NCBI GenBank assembly: GCA_963743885.1
Contig: CAVURJ010000001.1
Coordinates: 204,949-268,948, forward strand
Direction of reading: 5' to 3'
Length of the DNA: 64,000 nucleotides
Origin: Candidatus Moraniibacteriota bacterium
GTDB taxonomy: Bacteria; Patescibacteriota; Minisyncoccia; Moranbacterales; UBA1568
The position numbers were made by a program, and so were the translations under genes. Below are positions 19,241 to 28,766 of the stretch, one piece after another (positions within the stretch are counted from its first letter, which is position 1; each line of letters starts with the position of its first letter). The notes beneath the pieces were generated by a model. The model had not been told where the DNA came from and searched no databases. It saw only the letters and a list, made by a program, of their open reading frames with translations.

Positions 19241-19927
19241 ATGGGAGTAAATCTAAACGAAAATAAACTCCGAAAAGCTGAAGTAGAGGCTTTCAAAAAT
19301 GGCATCAGGCTACATTTTGATGCCATTAAGCTTTTTGAGAATAAATCGTATCCCAGCGCCTATGCCCTATCGGTTTTATCTTTGGAGGAATTCGGAAAAC
19401 AACGTCTAATTGATGAAATACTCTTTCGTTACATTGAGCATAAGGGAGAATTTGAAAACGATAAACAGTTTACTGATTTTTGTAAGGATTTTGAAAACGG
19501 GATGTTAAGTCATTCTTTGAAACAGGGATTTGCTGTATCAGACGATTTTCCGTTCATGAGGGGACGTAACAGAATGCAGAGAGGATTTTTATATAAAATG
19601 TTTAATCACAAGAATGGAAGGAAATTGATTGATGGTTGGAAAATGAGATCAATTTATGTCGGGTTTGAACACAATAGCTTAAAAGGGAGAATACAAACAC
19701 CGCTAAGCTTTATTAAGAGAAAAAAAGCACAAGATCAAATAACCGCCATAAATGATTATTTAGTAAATTTTATAATTTACCTTAGACAAGGCAGATGGAC
19801 GCTCGATAATGAAAATCTTATGAGGTTTTATAACACCAATCTTTTGAATAAACTCGTTGATATTTGGAAGAACAGACATGAGGACACTAGAAGCAGGCTA
19901 GATACCTTTTTGAGTTCTCGGAAGTAA
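19241..19927 (+). CDS. AbiV-family abortive infection (HEPN-like) protein
   Basis: DAIKLF....YPSAYALSVLSLEEFGK, SH..KQ and SIYVGF; AT-rich. Confidence 0.75.
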   Translation: MGVNLNENKLRKAEVEAFKNGIRLHFDAIKLFENKSYPSAYALSVLSLEEFGKQRLIDEILFRYIEHKGEFENDKQFTDFCKDFENGMLSHSLKQGFAVSDDFPFMRGRNRMQRGFLYKMFNHKNGRKLIDGWKMRSIYVGFEHNSLKGRIQTPLSFIKRKKAQDQITAINDYLVNFIIYLRQGRWTLDNENLMRFYNTNLLNKLVDIWKNRHEDTRSRLDTFLSSRK

Positions 19928-20050
19928 TAATTGGTTAATGATTTTTTTGCTAATTTTTTGTTTGAATTGATTGCGTGATATAGTAAAGGCAGTTGACAAA
20001 GGTAAGAGATTTTTATTATAGGTAGCTAATTAAGGCCATAAAATATTTTT

Positions 20051-20563
20051 ATGATAAATGTAAATAAAATAAACGATATATTAGGATTTTTTTCGGACAA
20101 TGTTTCGGATCTAACTGTTACTAAGATAATGAAGTTATTTTATTATGTTGATTTTGTTTCTTTTGCAGAAAAAAATACTTCTGTTACAAACGATGTTTAT
20201 TATAAGCTTCCTTACGGTCCAATTCCCTCTTTTATTAAAAACGAGATCAACACTCTGACTTTCAAAACCATGCTTGGAGCAGAGGCTGGAGATTTGCAAA
20301 TTTCAAAAAATTTCGGAGTGGAACAGAAAAAGATAGGCAAGTATGATGCTTATGTTGTTAAAAATAATGGAAAAAAGAGTTCTCTTGAGAACTTATCTGG
20401 TTATGAGGTAGAACTCATAAAAAGGATATTAAATAAGTTTGGAAAGAAAACGGCAAAGGAACTAACTGATCGTACTCACAAAGAGAAACCATATCTTTTG
20501 ACAAATGAAAATTCAATTATTGATTATAAACTTGCTAGTTTTCTTAATACCAGTTCTATTTAA
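20051..20563 (+). CDS. Panacea (DUF4065/SocA-like) antitoxin
   Basis: TKIMKLFYYVD, LPYGPIP and TAKELTDRTHKEKP. Confidence 0.8.
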   Translation: MINVNKINDILGFFSDNVSDLTVTKIMKLFYYVDFVSFAEKNTSVTNDVYYKLPYGPIPSFIKNEINTLTFKTMLGAEAGDLQISKNFGVEQKKIGKYDAYVVKNNGKKSSLENLSGYEVELIKRILNKFGKKTAKELTDRTHKEKPYLLTNENSIIDYKLASFLNTSSI

Positions 20564-20568
20564 CAAGT

Positions 20569-21117
20569 ATGGGAGACTACGGGTTTGGCGATGTTTATGA
20601 TTGCAGAAATGTTCCAGAAGTGGAACATTTTATTGTTATATTAGGATTTCAGGAAATTAAGGGGAAGAAGATTATATTTTATGAAAAAGTAACTTCACGA
20701 GTTTATAAAGCCTTCAAGAAACTCAGTGATTTTTTTGAGGGTAACTGTAATGGGCAATGCAAGAAGTTCAAGCATAATTTCAAAGATAAGACCCCCATTT
20801 TCCATTACGGGAAATTATGCTTTACGTTATTTTTAGATAAGGACGAAAACTATCTCAATGAAGATAGCATGGTTGTGATAAAGGGTGATCCAGAGAAGAC
20901 GGACGAAACTATTATGGAGCAATGGATTAAGGCCGGACTAGCTAAATCGAAAACGAGAATTTCAAATGTAGACATTTATAAGTTAATGGCTATATTAAAT
21001 AACTCGGATAATTTAAGTAGTCCAGTAATCCATCATATCCGTCTCGCCTTTAGTGGGGTTGATAAAATGATAAAGATGCAAAACCTTCAGAAGGCTAGTA
21101 AGAAAAAGAAGAAATAG
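20569..21117 (+). CDS. Hypothetical protein, probable cognate toxin of the Panacea antitoxin
   Basis: Starts 5 bp after the antitoxin stop; same AT-rich composition. Confidence 0.6.
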   Translation: MGDYGFGDVYDCRNVPEVEHFIVILGFQEIKGKKIIFYEKVTSRVYKAFKKLSDFFEGNCNGQCKKFKHNFKDKTPIFHYGKLCFTLFLDKDENYLNEDSMVVIKGDPEKTDETIMEQWIKAGLAKSKTRISNVDIYKLMAILNNSDNLSSPVIHHIRLAFSGVDKMIKMQNLQKASKKKKK

Positions 21118-21157
21118 TGGTTTGTAAAAAGAAGAAAAGGGAGAAGAAAAGGGGTCA

Positions 21158-21239
21158 AGTACCTTTTTAAGAAAGAAATGACACACCCGAGGCGCGGGAA
21201 GAATCTTTCATGACGGATCGGTCCGGCCCGCAGCATCGC
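21158..21239 (+). repeat. Inter-cassette direct repeat, copy 1 (truncated)
   Basis: tacctttttaagaaagaaatg..ccgaggcgcgggaagaatct..cgcagcatcgc; related to 22315-22461 and 23251-23399. Confidence 0.85.
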
Positions 21240-21285
21240 AAGACTAGAGAATGGGTTAAGTAGAACAATTTCCCCACTACAAAAA

Positions 21286-21319
21286 GTAACACGAAATGAC
21301 GGCCGTCGTTTCGTGTAAC
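21286..21319. repeat. Palindromic element (ACGGCCGT core)
   Basis: gtaacacgaaatgacggccgtcgtttcgtgtaac. Confidence 0.7.
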
Positions 21320-21332
21320 ATTTTTGTTTTGA

Positions 21333-21391
21333 TTTACCCTGTGAAATCCGACTTTGTCGGTCCGCCTACTGGCGGAATTTCACAGGGTGAA
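21333..21391. repeat. Palindromic element TTTACCYTGTGAAAT...ATTTCACRGGGT
   Basis: Related copy at 53088-53143. Confidence 0.65.
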
Positions 21392-21491
21392 TATTGACCG
21401 GTTTTCATGGCTGGATGTATACTTATATATGTAAGTCATGTAAACATCTTGGTTACCTGAGAAGTTGGTAACGGGATGAGCAAAAACAATT

Positions 21492-22299
21492 ATGAAAAAG
21501 ATAGAAGTGCAGGGGATTGAGATAGCCATAGTCTCTCAAAAAGAGCATGACTATATCTCTTTGGCTGATATGCTGAGAGCGAAAGATGGGGATTTCTTCA
21601 TATCTGATTGGCTGAGAAATAGGAATACGGTCGAATTTTTAGGAATCTGGGAACGGATTAATAACCCGGATTTTAATTATGGCGAATTCGCCATAATTAA
21701 AAGCCAAGCAGGGCTCAATAGCTATAAAATCAGTGTTAAGGAATGGGTGAAGAAAACGAGGGCTAGGATTGAAATCAACAGCCGGACGATATGGCGGAAC
21801 TTTCGCTCATAAGGATATTGCCTTCGAATTTGGTATGTGGATATCGCCGGAATTCAAGTTGTACCTTATTAAGGAGTTCCAGCGACTGAAAGTTGAGGAA
21901 AATGAAAGACTGATACTAGGTTGGGACGTGAAGCGGATGCTGACGAAGATGAACTATAAGATTCATACGGATGCGATAAACGAGAACATTGTCATTCCAC
22001 AGAAACTGTCGCAGAAGGATGCGAATATGACGTATGCGAATGAGGCGGACGTTTTGAATATGGCGCTTTTTGGCATGACAGCGAAAGCCTGGAGAGATAA
22101 GAATAGGAAAAAGGAAGGGAACATGCGGGACTATGCTGATGTGACGCAGCTCGTGTGTCTCGCCAATCTTGAGGGGTTGAATGCGGAGTTCGTCAGGATG
22201 GGAATGACGCAAAAAGAACGATTGCTCAGGTTGAATGAGGCAGCGATAGCGCAGATGAAATCGCTTTCGGGAAACAAGAATATCCGGAAGTTTCTATAA
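21492..22299 (+). pseudogene. KilA-N domain protein, frameshifted near 21765
   Basis: The two ORFs join into DYISL..WLRNRNTVEFLGIWE..-..AGRYGGTFAHKDIAFEFGMWISPEFKLYLIKEFQRLK. Confidence 0.8.
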
Positions 22300-22314
22300 G
22301 AATTGAGAAGATAA

Positions 22315-22461
22315 GGAATCGAACGCCTTTTCAAGGAAGAAATGATGCATCCGAGGCGTGGGAAGGATCTTCTGTGACGAATCGATCCGGTCCGCAGCAT
22401 CGCGGGAGCAGGGGAATCTGAATATCACCCAGTAAAACAGCCCTGTCTAGAGCTGTTTTTT
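22315..22461 (+). repeat. Inter-cassette direct repeat, copy 2, ending in a terminator hairpin
   Basis: Aligns over its length with 23251-23399. Confidence 0.85.
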
Positions 22462-22481
22462 GTATCGAGAAAGAAAGTCTT

Positions 22482-22545
22482 GTTAACTGCTGTAGTGTAA
22501 GTATTCTATTGTTAACTATTGACTATATAGTTAACATATGTTAAC
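22482..22545. promoter_or_regulatory. Four GTTAAC palindromes over the HTH-doc promoter (probable autoregulatory operators)
   Basis: GTTAAC at 22482, 22511, 22530 and 22540 around TTGACT. Confidence 0.5.
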
Positions 22546-22553
22546 ATAAGGAT

Positions 22554-22808
22554 ATGGAAAAACAATTCTATACAACCAAAGAGATTTCGGAGTTGCTTGG
22601 CGTTAGCCGAGTGACTGTTTTCAAACAGATCAAATCTGGAAAGATTAAGGCTCAGAAAGTCGGGCGTAACTATATCATCCTCAAAGAGGACATGCCGGAA
22701 ATGCTGAACAAATCGTTGAAAGAATTTGATAAATCGAATATTCAGGATGCAGTGAAAAAAGTGGTAGACGAGTACAGCGAGACCCTTAAGCTTCTTGGGA
22801 AGGAATGA
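22554..22808 (+). CDS. Excisionase-like HTH protein, probable antitoxin
   Basis: FYTTKEISELLGVSRVTVFKQIKSGKIKAQKVGRNY; C-terminal helix VVDEYSETLKLLGKE; ATGA overlap with doc. Confidence 0.75.
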   Translation: MEKQFYTTKEISELLGVSRVTVFKQIKSGKIKAQKVGRNYIILKEDMPEMLNKSLKEFDKSNIQDAVKKVVDEYSETLKLLGKE

Positions 22809-23269
22809 GAATAAAGCAGATCTCAATCGTAGAGGTGGAGTATGTGGCGCATCGTCTTGCGCAGGAGACGATGAAGTGGAGCGAGCCCATACCTGATTTC
22901 AGCACTCGTTATCCGAGAGTGCTTGAGAGCTGTCTCGCAGCTCCTTTTCAGACATTCAGTCGGAAAGTTTTGTATAAAGGTCTTCATGGAAAAGCCGCCA
23001 TGTTGTTTTATCTGATGGTGAAGAACCATCCTTTTGAGAATGGAAATAAGAGGATTGCGATGACAACACTTCTTTATTTCCTGTATAAGAACGGGAAATG
23101 GATCAAAGCGGATGAAATGGAGTTTTATAATTTCGCGAGATGGGTGGCTGAGAGCAGCCCGAAGTTCAAGGATGAGACTGTTGCGGCTGTTCGGAAATTC
23201 GTTACGACTAATATGATAGACGTCGCTACTCAAGCATTAGAAAAGAAAGAGGATCGAGTACCTTTTTAA
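22805..23269 (+). CDS. Doc (death-on-curing) family toxin
   Basis: LESCLAAP.QTF, KAAMLFY and HPFENGNKRIA. Confidence 0.85.
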   Translation: MRIKQISIVEVEYVAHRLAQETMKWSEPIPDFSTRYPRVLESCLAAPFQTFSRKVLYKGLHGKAAMLFYLMVKNHPFENGNKRIAMTTLLYFLYKNGKWIKADEMEFYNFARWVAESSPKFKDETVAAVRKFVTTNMIDVATQALEKKEDRVPF

Positions 23270-23399
23270 GGAAGAAAAGATGCATCCGAGGCGCGGGAAG
23301 AATCTTCCATGATGGATCGGCCCAGTCCGCAGTATCGCGGGAGCAGGAGAATCTGAATATCACCCAGCAAAACAGCCTTCATTTGAGGATTGTTTTTTG
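23251..23399 (+). repeat. Inter-cassette direct repeat, copy 3, ending in a terminator
   Basis: Aligns with copies 1 and 2; supplies the doc stop codon. Confidence 0.85.
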
Positions 23400-23579
23400 T
23401 TCCCTGCAATGGATGTTCTGATTAGGTGCTTAAAAATGGCTTGATATAAGGACATTGTGCATATACTGGGAAAATATGTAAAAAGTAGTGAATATTGTTA
23501 TATTTATGAGTAAATTCACTAAATATTGACAAAAAGTAGTGAATATACTACAATTAACGCATACTATTCACTAAAAAAT

Positions 23580-24461
23580 ATGGCAATCACTCAACCGATT
23601 AAGAATCGTATCCAAGCGTTGAAGAAGGAGTTTGATGCCTTGAAAAAAGGAAGGGAATCGCTTTTGGTGCTGCTTGATGAAGCCGAGATTCCGGAAAGCG
23701 TCTATAATTCCAACGCTATTGAGAATTCGACGCTTACGCTCAAGGAGACGGAGAAGATCCTACTTGATGTATCGGTGTCGCGCGACGTATCGGTGCGGGA
23801 AGTTTTTGAGACGAAGAATCTCGCTCGCGTCATCAACTATATCCGCACGAAATCCCAAGGAAAAGAGATCGATAGGGAAATGGTCCTGCTGTTGCACCAG
23901 ATGCTCATCGGGGGCATCAAAGATGAAATCGCGGGACGCTTCCGGACAAAAGGGGAGTATGTCCGGGTAGGAACATATATTGCTCCGGCACCGGAGCATG
24001 TAGAGCTGATGATCGCTTCAATCTTTTCTGGATACGAAAGCGAGCATGATTCGTATTTTCTCGATAAGATGGCAAAGTTCCATCTGGACTTTGAGAATAT
24101 CCATCCATTCTGCGATGGCAACGGCCGCATCGGTCGGGTGCTTGCCTGTTACCAATTGCTTCGATTGGGATTTCCTTTGATTATCATTCGGGACAAGGAA
24201 AAGGAAATGTACTACCAGGCATTTGCTGATTATCGCGATGGAAAGAATACGAAGACGATGGAAAAGGTGTTTTCGCTGGCACTTACGGAATCACTGTATA
24301 AACGCATTACGTATTTGAAGGGAGAAAAAATCATGACACTCGCTGACTATGTGAAGAAACACAAAAAATCAGCCGCTGCCATGTCGAATGCTGCTCGTCG
24401 TCAGAACATACCAGCTTTCCGCGAAAAGGGCGTTTGGAAGATCGGGGAGAAGTTTAGATGA
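23580..24461 (+). CDS. Fic family protein with C-terminal HTH
   Basis: VYNSNAIENSTLT and HPFCDGNGRIGR; duplicated aaaaagtagtgaatat in the promoter region. Confidence 0.9.
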   Translation: MAITQPIKNRIQALKKEFDALKKGRESLLVLLDEAEIPESVYNSNAIENSTLTLKETEKILLDVSVSRDVSVREVFETKNLARVINYIRTKSQGKEIDREMVLLLHQMLIGGIKDEIAGRFRTKGEYVRVGTYIAPAPEHVELMIASIFSGYESEHDSYFLDKMAKFHLDFENIHPFCDGNGRIGRVLACYQLLRLGFPLIIIRDKEKEMYYQAFADYRDGKNTKTMEKVFSLALTESLYKRITYLKGEKIMTLADYVKKHKKSAAAMSNAARRQNIPAFREKGVWKIGEKFR

Positions 24462-24607
24462 AATTAAGAGTCGGAGCGTCCAGCAAAACAGTCCTCATCC
24501 GGGGGGGGGCTGTTTTTTTGTCTGAAGCGTTTGTCATTGACCGCGGTGGGCATCTGATGTAGGCTGTTCTTTCGAAGTTCTTTGATTACGATAGTGGAGG
24601 ATGAGTC

Positions 24608-25276
24608 ATGAAAGCAGCGATTCTGACCGGTTTTGAGGTCTTTGGGAAGTACGCGGTCAATCCGACGGAGATCCTGGCGAGGTCTCTGGCAGGGGAGGTC
24701 GTCTCCGGGCACCTCATCCGTTCGATGGTTTTTCCTACGACGGTGCTTGTGCCGCATGGAGCGAGAGATGCTGGAACCCTGATCGTCGACGAAGCTTTTC
24801 TGGTCGACGCTTCGGTGATCATTTCTCTGGGCATAGACTCTGGAGCCAGGGGCGTGCGTATCGAAAGGACTTGCATCAATTGGGTGGAAAACGCGAAGTA
24901 CTGCACCCAATACGAGAATCAGAAGCCTCTCTCCGACGCGCATGATCCCAAGGAGAGGCTGCCGATGCCACTTCAATCATGGGATTTCGCAGGGTTGTCC
25001 GAGAGGTTGGCCCTAGCCGGCATTCCTTTGGAGACATCGGAAGATGCGGGCAGCTACTGTTGCAACGCGCTGATGTACAGGACACGCCGGTCCATGAAGG
25101 AGTGCTCGCTCGAGATACCGTTCATCTTCGTCCACGTTCCTTGCACCGAGGAAGCGGTGGCGGATATGCCCGATTTCGATCGCGCAAGCAAGGTTCTGTT
25201 CCACCAAGAGGATCTGGCAACGGTAGTGGAGAGCCTTCTCGAGTCGTACCTTCCGAATCCGCGAGTCGAGGACTGA
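24608..25276 (+). CDS. pcp: Pyroglutamyl-peptidase I (peptidase C15)
   Basis: LTGFEVFG...NPT, RIER..IN, SEDAGSYCCN and FVHVP catalytic motifs. Confidence 0.85.
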   Translation: MKAAILTGFEVFGKYAVNPTEILARSLAGEVVSGHLIRSMVFPTTVLVPHGARDAGTLIVDEAFLVDASVIISLGIDSGARGVRIERTCINWVENAKYCTQYENQKPLSDAHDPKERLPMPLQSWDFAGLSERLALAGIPLETSEDAGSYCCNALMYRTRRSMKECSLEIPFIFVHVPCTEEAVADMPDFDRASKVLFHQEDLATVVESLLESYLPNPRVED

Positions 25277-25362
25277 AAGAATCAAGCAGCAGAGCCGCAG
25301 GGTATTACCCAGCGGCCTTTTTCTTTTAAAACAGCCCTTATTTGATTGATTTTTTCGGGTAC

Positions 25363-25401
25363 TTGACAGGAAACTATATAGTGTATATACTACACTTAGT
25401 A
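25363..25401 (+). promoter_or_regulatory. Promoter with an NrtR-type operator upstream of pncB-nadE
   Basis: TTGACA 25363-25368, 17 bp, TATACT 25386-25391; AGTGT-atatact-ACACT at 25380-25396. Confidence 0.8.
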
Positions 25402-25490
25402 ATGAGATAGGGAAGTTCTTTGTCAAACGAGGCATTTCAGGGGAGGCCGGGGTCCGGCTTCATGGATATCATCGATACGAGGAGGCGATC

Positions 25491-26741
25491 ATGGAAACGC
25501 TCAAGAGATTGTGGGGCAAGGACGAGCCGGTGGTCAGCAGCTTGCTCGAGACGGATGTCTACAAGATCCTCATGTTGTATTTCATCTGGCGGTATTTCCC
25601 GAGCTTGCGAGTGAAGTTCGGATTCACCAATCGTACCCGCACGGTGCGCTTGGCCGAATCACTCGACATCGGGCTGCTCCGAGAGAACATCGAGCACGTG
25701 AAGACGCTCCGGTTCTCGGATGCGGATATTGCGTACATCCGGTCGTGGCAGATGATGCCGGAGGAATTCCTTCTGGCACTTCGGGACCTGCAGCTCTCGG
25801 ACATTGCGGTCGAGAAGACGCGTGATGGACAGCTCCGCATCGAGCCCAGCGGGCTCTGGTTCAATAGCACGCTGTGGGAACTCTTTATCCTGCCGATGAT
25901 CACGGAACTACGAGCGCGCCAAGCGATCGGCGAAAGCGATGCCGCGCACGAAGCAGTGATCAAAGACGGAGAAGAGCGCCTGCTTGTCAAGATCCCGACG
26001 CTCAAGAGTCTGCACTGGAAGATCGCGCTGTTCGATCTCCGTCGCCGGCTGACGGGACGCTGGGAGCGGCATACGTCGCGTATCCTCTACGAGGAGATCC
26101 CGGAGCGGCTCTCTGGCATCTCGAACGTCGCTCTGGCGCGCGAGATGGGAGTCGAGCCGATGGGGACCAATGCGCACGAACTGCCGATGGCACTGGTCGC
26201 GCTGCGTTCCCACGAGGGGCCGGAAGCGATGCGGGCGGCGCTCTACGAGGTGCTCGAGAAGTGGCAGAGTCTCTTCGGCCACAAGGCGCTCATCATGCTG
26301 CCGGATACGTTCGGAAGCGACTACTTCTTCCGCAACCTGCCGAGCAGATACCTTCGGGACTTCCGCGGTTCGCGGCAGGACTCGGGTGATCCGCTCGCCT
26401 ACGGGGAGGCTCGCATCCGCGACTATCGCGAAGCTGGCATCGATCCGACGCAGAAGCTCGTGCTGTTCTCAGACGGGCTCACGCCGGAGAAGATGCAGGA
26501 GCTCGAGATGCATCTCTCCGGAAGGATCGGCGGCGGCTTTGGTTGGGGGACCAACAAGAGCCATGATGTCGCTGCGCTTCCGCCCATGTCGATCGTGATG
26601 AAGCTCATCGAAGCGGCAGGCAATCCGGCGGTCAAGCTGTCCGATAACATCGACAAAGCGACCGGATTTGAGCCAGGCGTGGTCGAAGCCAAGCGGGTCT
26701 TCGGATACCGCGCGGAGTTTCGCGAAGCGCCGATCTACTGA
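25491..26741 (+). CDS. pncB: Nicotinate phosphoribosyltransferase
   Basis: SLLETDVYK, LRRR, SNV, GTNAHE, PDTFGS, RQDSGDP, FSDGL and KLSDN. Confidence 0.9.
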   Translation: METLKRLWGKDEPVVSSLLETDVYKILMLYFIWRYFPSLRVKFGFTNRTRTVRLAESLDIGLLRENIEHVKTLRFSDADIAYIRSWQMMPEEFLLALRDLQLSDIAVEKTRDGQLRIEPSGLWFNSTLWELFILPMITELRARQAIGESDAAHEAVIKDGEERLLVKIPTLKSLHWKIALFDLRRRLTGRWERHTSRILYEEIPERLSGISNVALAREMGVEPMGTNAHELPMALVALRSHEGPEAMRAALYEVLEKWQSLFGHKALIMLPDTFGSDYFFRNLPSRYLRDFRGSRQDSGDPLAYGEARIRDYREAGIDPTQKLVLFSDGLTPEKMQELEMHLSGRIGGGFGWGTNKSHDVAALPPMSIVMKLIEAAGNPAVKLSDNIDKATGFEPGVVEAKRVFGYRAEFREAPIY

Positions 26742-26860
26742 AACGCCAACCTGTGGGAATATCTCGGAACATCGAGGTATCCCCACTCTTTTTCGGACCA
26801 TCATGTGTGGTGATCCGAAAGAGGGATATTTCAAGCAAGATCTTTAACAAGGAGACCGAT

Positions 26861-28516
26861 ATGAAAATCATCGCATGCTCTACCAATCCGATTCCTGGTG
26901 ATGTCGCCGGAAACCTGAAACAGGTCCTGGCGGCATATCAAGGGGCGGCGGATCAGCAGGTTGATCTCGTCGTGTTTCCAGAGTTCGCACTTTTGGGATA
27001 TCCGATCGATGATCTCATCCGCTATGCGGACGTGCTGGCGGCAGAGGAAGCTGCGATCGAAGAGCTTCGCCGCCAAGTCGGCAGCATTGGCATCGTGATC
27101 GGCGTGGCAGAACGCAATCAGGGAGCAGGGAAGCCTTTCTTCAATAGCGCTCTCGTCATCCGCAATCACGCGATCGTGCATCGAGTCCGCAAGGCGAATC
27201 TGCCGACGTACGGGGAGTTTGATGAGTCGCGCTGGTTCGAGCCAGGGGCCGATGCGGCCGCAGTCTTCGACTATGACGGGCAGCGGATCGGCATCATCAT
27301 CTGCGAGGATATCTGGGTGTACGCCAATCGGGACGAGAAAGGTCGGGCCCTCTATCACCGCAACGTGGTCGAGGAGATGGCTCGGCTCAATCCTGATATC
27401 GTCATCTCGATCAATGCCTCGCCCTACTGGTGTGGCAAGCGCGATGTGCGGCTGGAAGTCGTCCGTGAGGCGGCGCAGGCGATGGGCTCTCCAATCGTCG
27501 TGTACGTCAATCGTTTCGGCGGACAGGATGAGCTGGTGTTCGATGGCGCGAATTTCGCTCTCGGATGCAAGGGGCAAGTCATCGCTTCGGCCATGCCGTT
27601 TCAGGGGGATGATCTGCTGGTCGTCGATACGGAGTGTTCGGATGAAGTTCCGTTCCGTTCTGATACGGGAAGTGCCGAGGATCAGTATGATGCCTTGGTG
27701 CTCGCGACGCGAGACTATGCTCGGAAGAGCGGGTTCTCGCAGGCGGTGCTCGGACTCTCCGGTGGGATCGATTCGGCGCTGACACTTGCGATCGCAGCCG
27801 ATGCACTCGGTGCCGGGAACGTGCAGGCGGTTATGATGCCGTTCCGATATACATCGGTGATGAGCCGGGAAGACGCGGCGGCAGAAGCGGAAGCGCTCGG
27901 TGTCCGGTATTCCGTCATCGCGATCGAGCCGCTCTACGATGCGTTCGCGGCGGCGCTTGCTCCGGAGTTCGCGGGCAGGGCAGCGGATGTGACCGAAGAG
28001 AATCTGCAGGCCCGTATCCGGGGGACTATCCTCATGTCGCTCTCGAACAAGTTTCGATCGTTCGTCCTGACGACCGGCAACAAGAGCGAGATGGCGGTGG
28101 GGTATGCGACGCTCTATGGCGATATGGCCGGCGGCTTCGCAGTCCTCAAGGATGTGCCGAAGACCGATGTCTATGCGCTGGCGCGGTATCGCAACGGTAT
28201 CAGCCGAGTCATCCCTGACAGCGTGATCACACGTGCGCCATCAGCCGAGCTCGCCCCTGGGCAGGTCGATCAGGATTCTCTGCCGGCGTACGATATCCTC
28301 GACGCGATAGTCGATCGGTACGTGGTCGATGGATCGTCTGCGGATGAGATCGTCGCGGCCGGATACGATGCCGGTACGGTGGAGCGAGTGATCGGCATGG
28401 TGCGCCGGGCCGAGTACAAGCGCCGACAAGCGCCGCCTGGTCCGAAGGTGACCAAGCGGGGGCTTTCTCCTGATGCTGGTCGGCGTGTACCGATCACGTA
28501 TCGCCATGGTTCCTGA
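26861..28516 (+). CDS. nadE: Glutamine-dependent NAD+ synthetase
   Basis: Nitrilase domain (FPE, K..LP.YGEFDE.RWF, ICEDIW) plus synthetase domain (GLSGGIDS, ENLQARIRG, TGNKSE, PSAEL, EYKRRQ). Confidence 0.95.
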   Translation: MKIIACSTNPIPGDVAGNLKQVLAAYQGAADQQVDLVVFPEFALLGYPIDDLIRYADVLAAEEAAIEELRRQVGSIGIVIGVAERNQGAGKPFFNSALVIRNHAIVHRVRKANLPTYGEFDESRWFEPGADAAAVFDYDGQRIGIIICEDIWVYANRDEKGRALYHRNVVEEMARLNPDIVISINASPYWCGKRDVRLEVVREAAQAMGSPIVVYVNRFGGQDELVFDGANFALGCKGQVIASAMPFQGDDLLVVDTECSDEVPFRSDTGSAEDQYDALVLATRDYARKSGFSQAVLGLSGGIDSALTLAIAADALGAGNVQAVMMPFRYTSVMSREDAAAEAEALGVRYSVIAIEPLYDAFAAALAPEFAGRAADVTEENLQARIRGTILMSLSNKFRSFVLTTGNKSEMAVGYATLYGDMAGGFAVLKDVPKTDVYALARYRNGISRVIPDSVITRAPSAELAPGQVDQDSLPAYDILDAIVDRYVVDGSSADEIVAAGYDAGTVERVIGMVRRAEYKRRQAPPGPKVTKRGLSPDAGRRVPITYRHGS

Positions 28517-28602
28517 GTCGGAGGACGGCCTTTCACGGGTGTGGATACGATGTATCCCACCCGTTTTTTCTTTGCATGAATTTGACCCCGCACCGCTTGA
28601 GC

Positions 28603-28701
28603 TTGACAAGAATATTTAAAGGTGTATACTATACACTAAGTAAGGAAGTGGCTCGTGGTCGACGCGTCTCTCTCGTACGGTAATAGTGTAATAAGTACAA
28701 T
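28603..28701 (+). promoter_or_regulatory. Promoter with NrtR-type operator(s) upstream of pnuC-nadR-nrtR
   Basis: TTGACA 28603-28608; GGTGT-atactat-ACACT at 28621-28637; degenerate AGTGT-aataagt-ACAAT at 28685-28701. Confidence 0.7.
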
Positions 28702-28766
28702 AACTAAATACGGTAGGAGGGAAAGGACGGGAAGAGGGAGTGTAACCAGTAATATCACATACGACT

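Noticed and set aside
248-24461. Prophage suggested by the BRO, KilA-N and excisionase-like HTH genes
   Set aside because: No structural, terminase or replication genes; these occur as isolated cassettes
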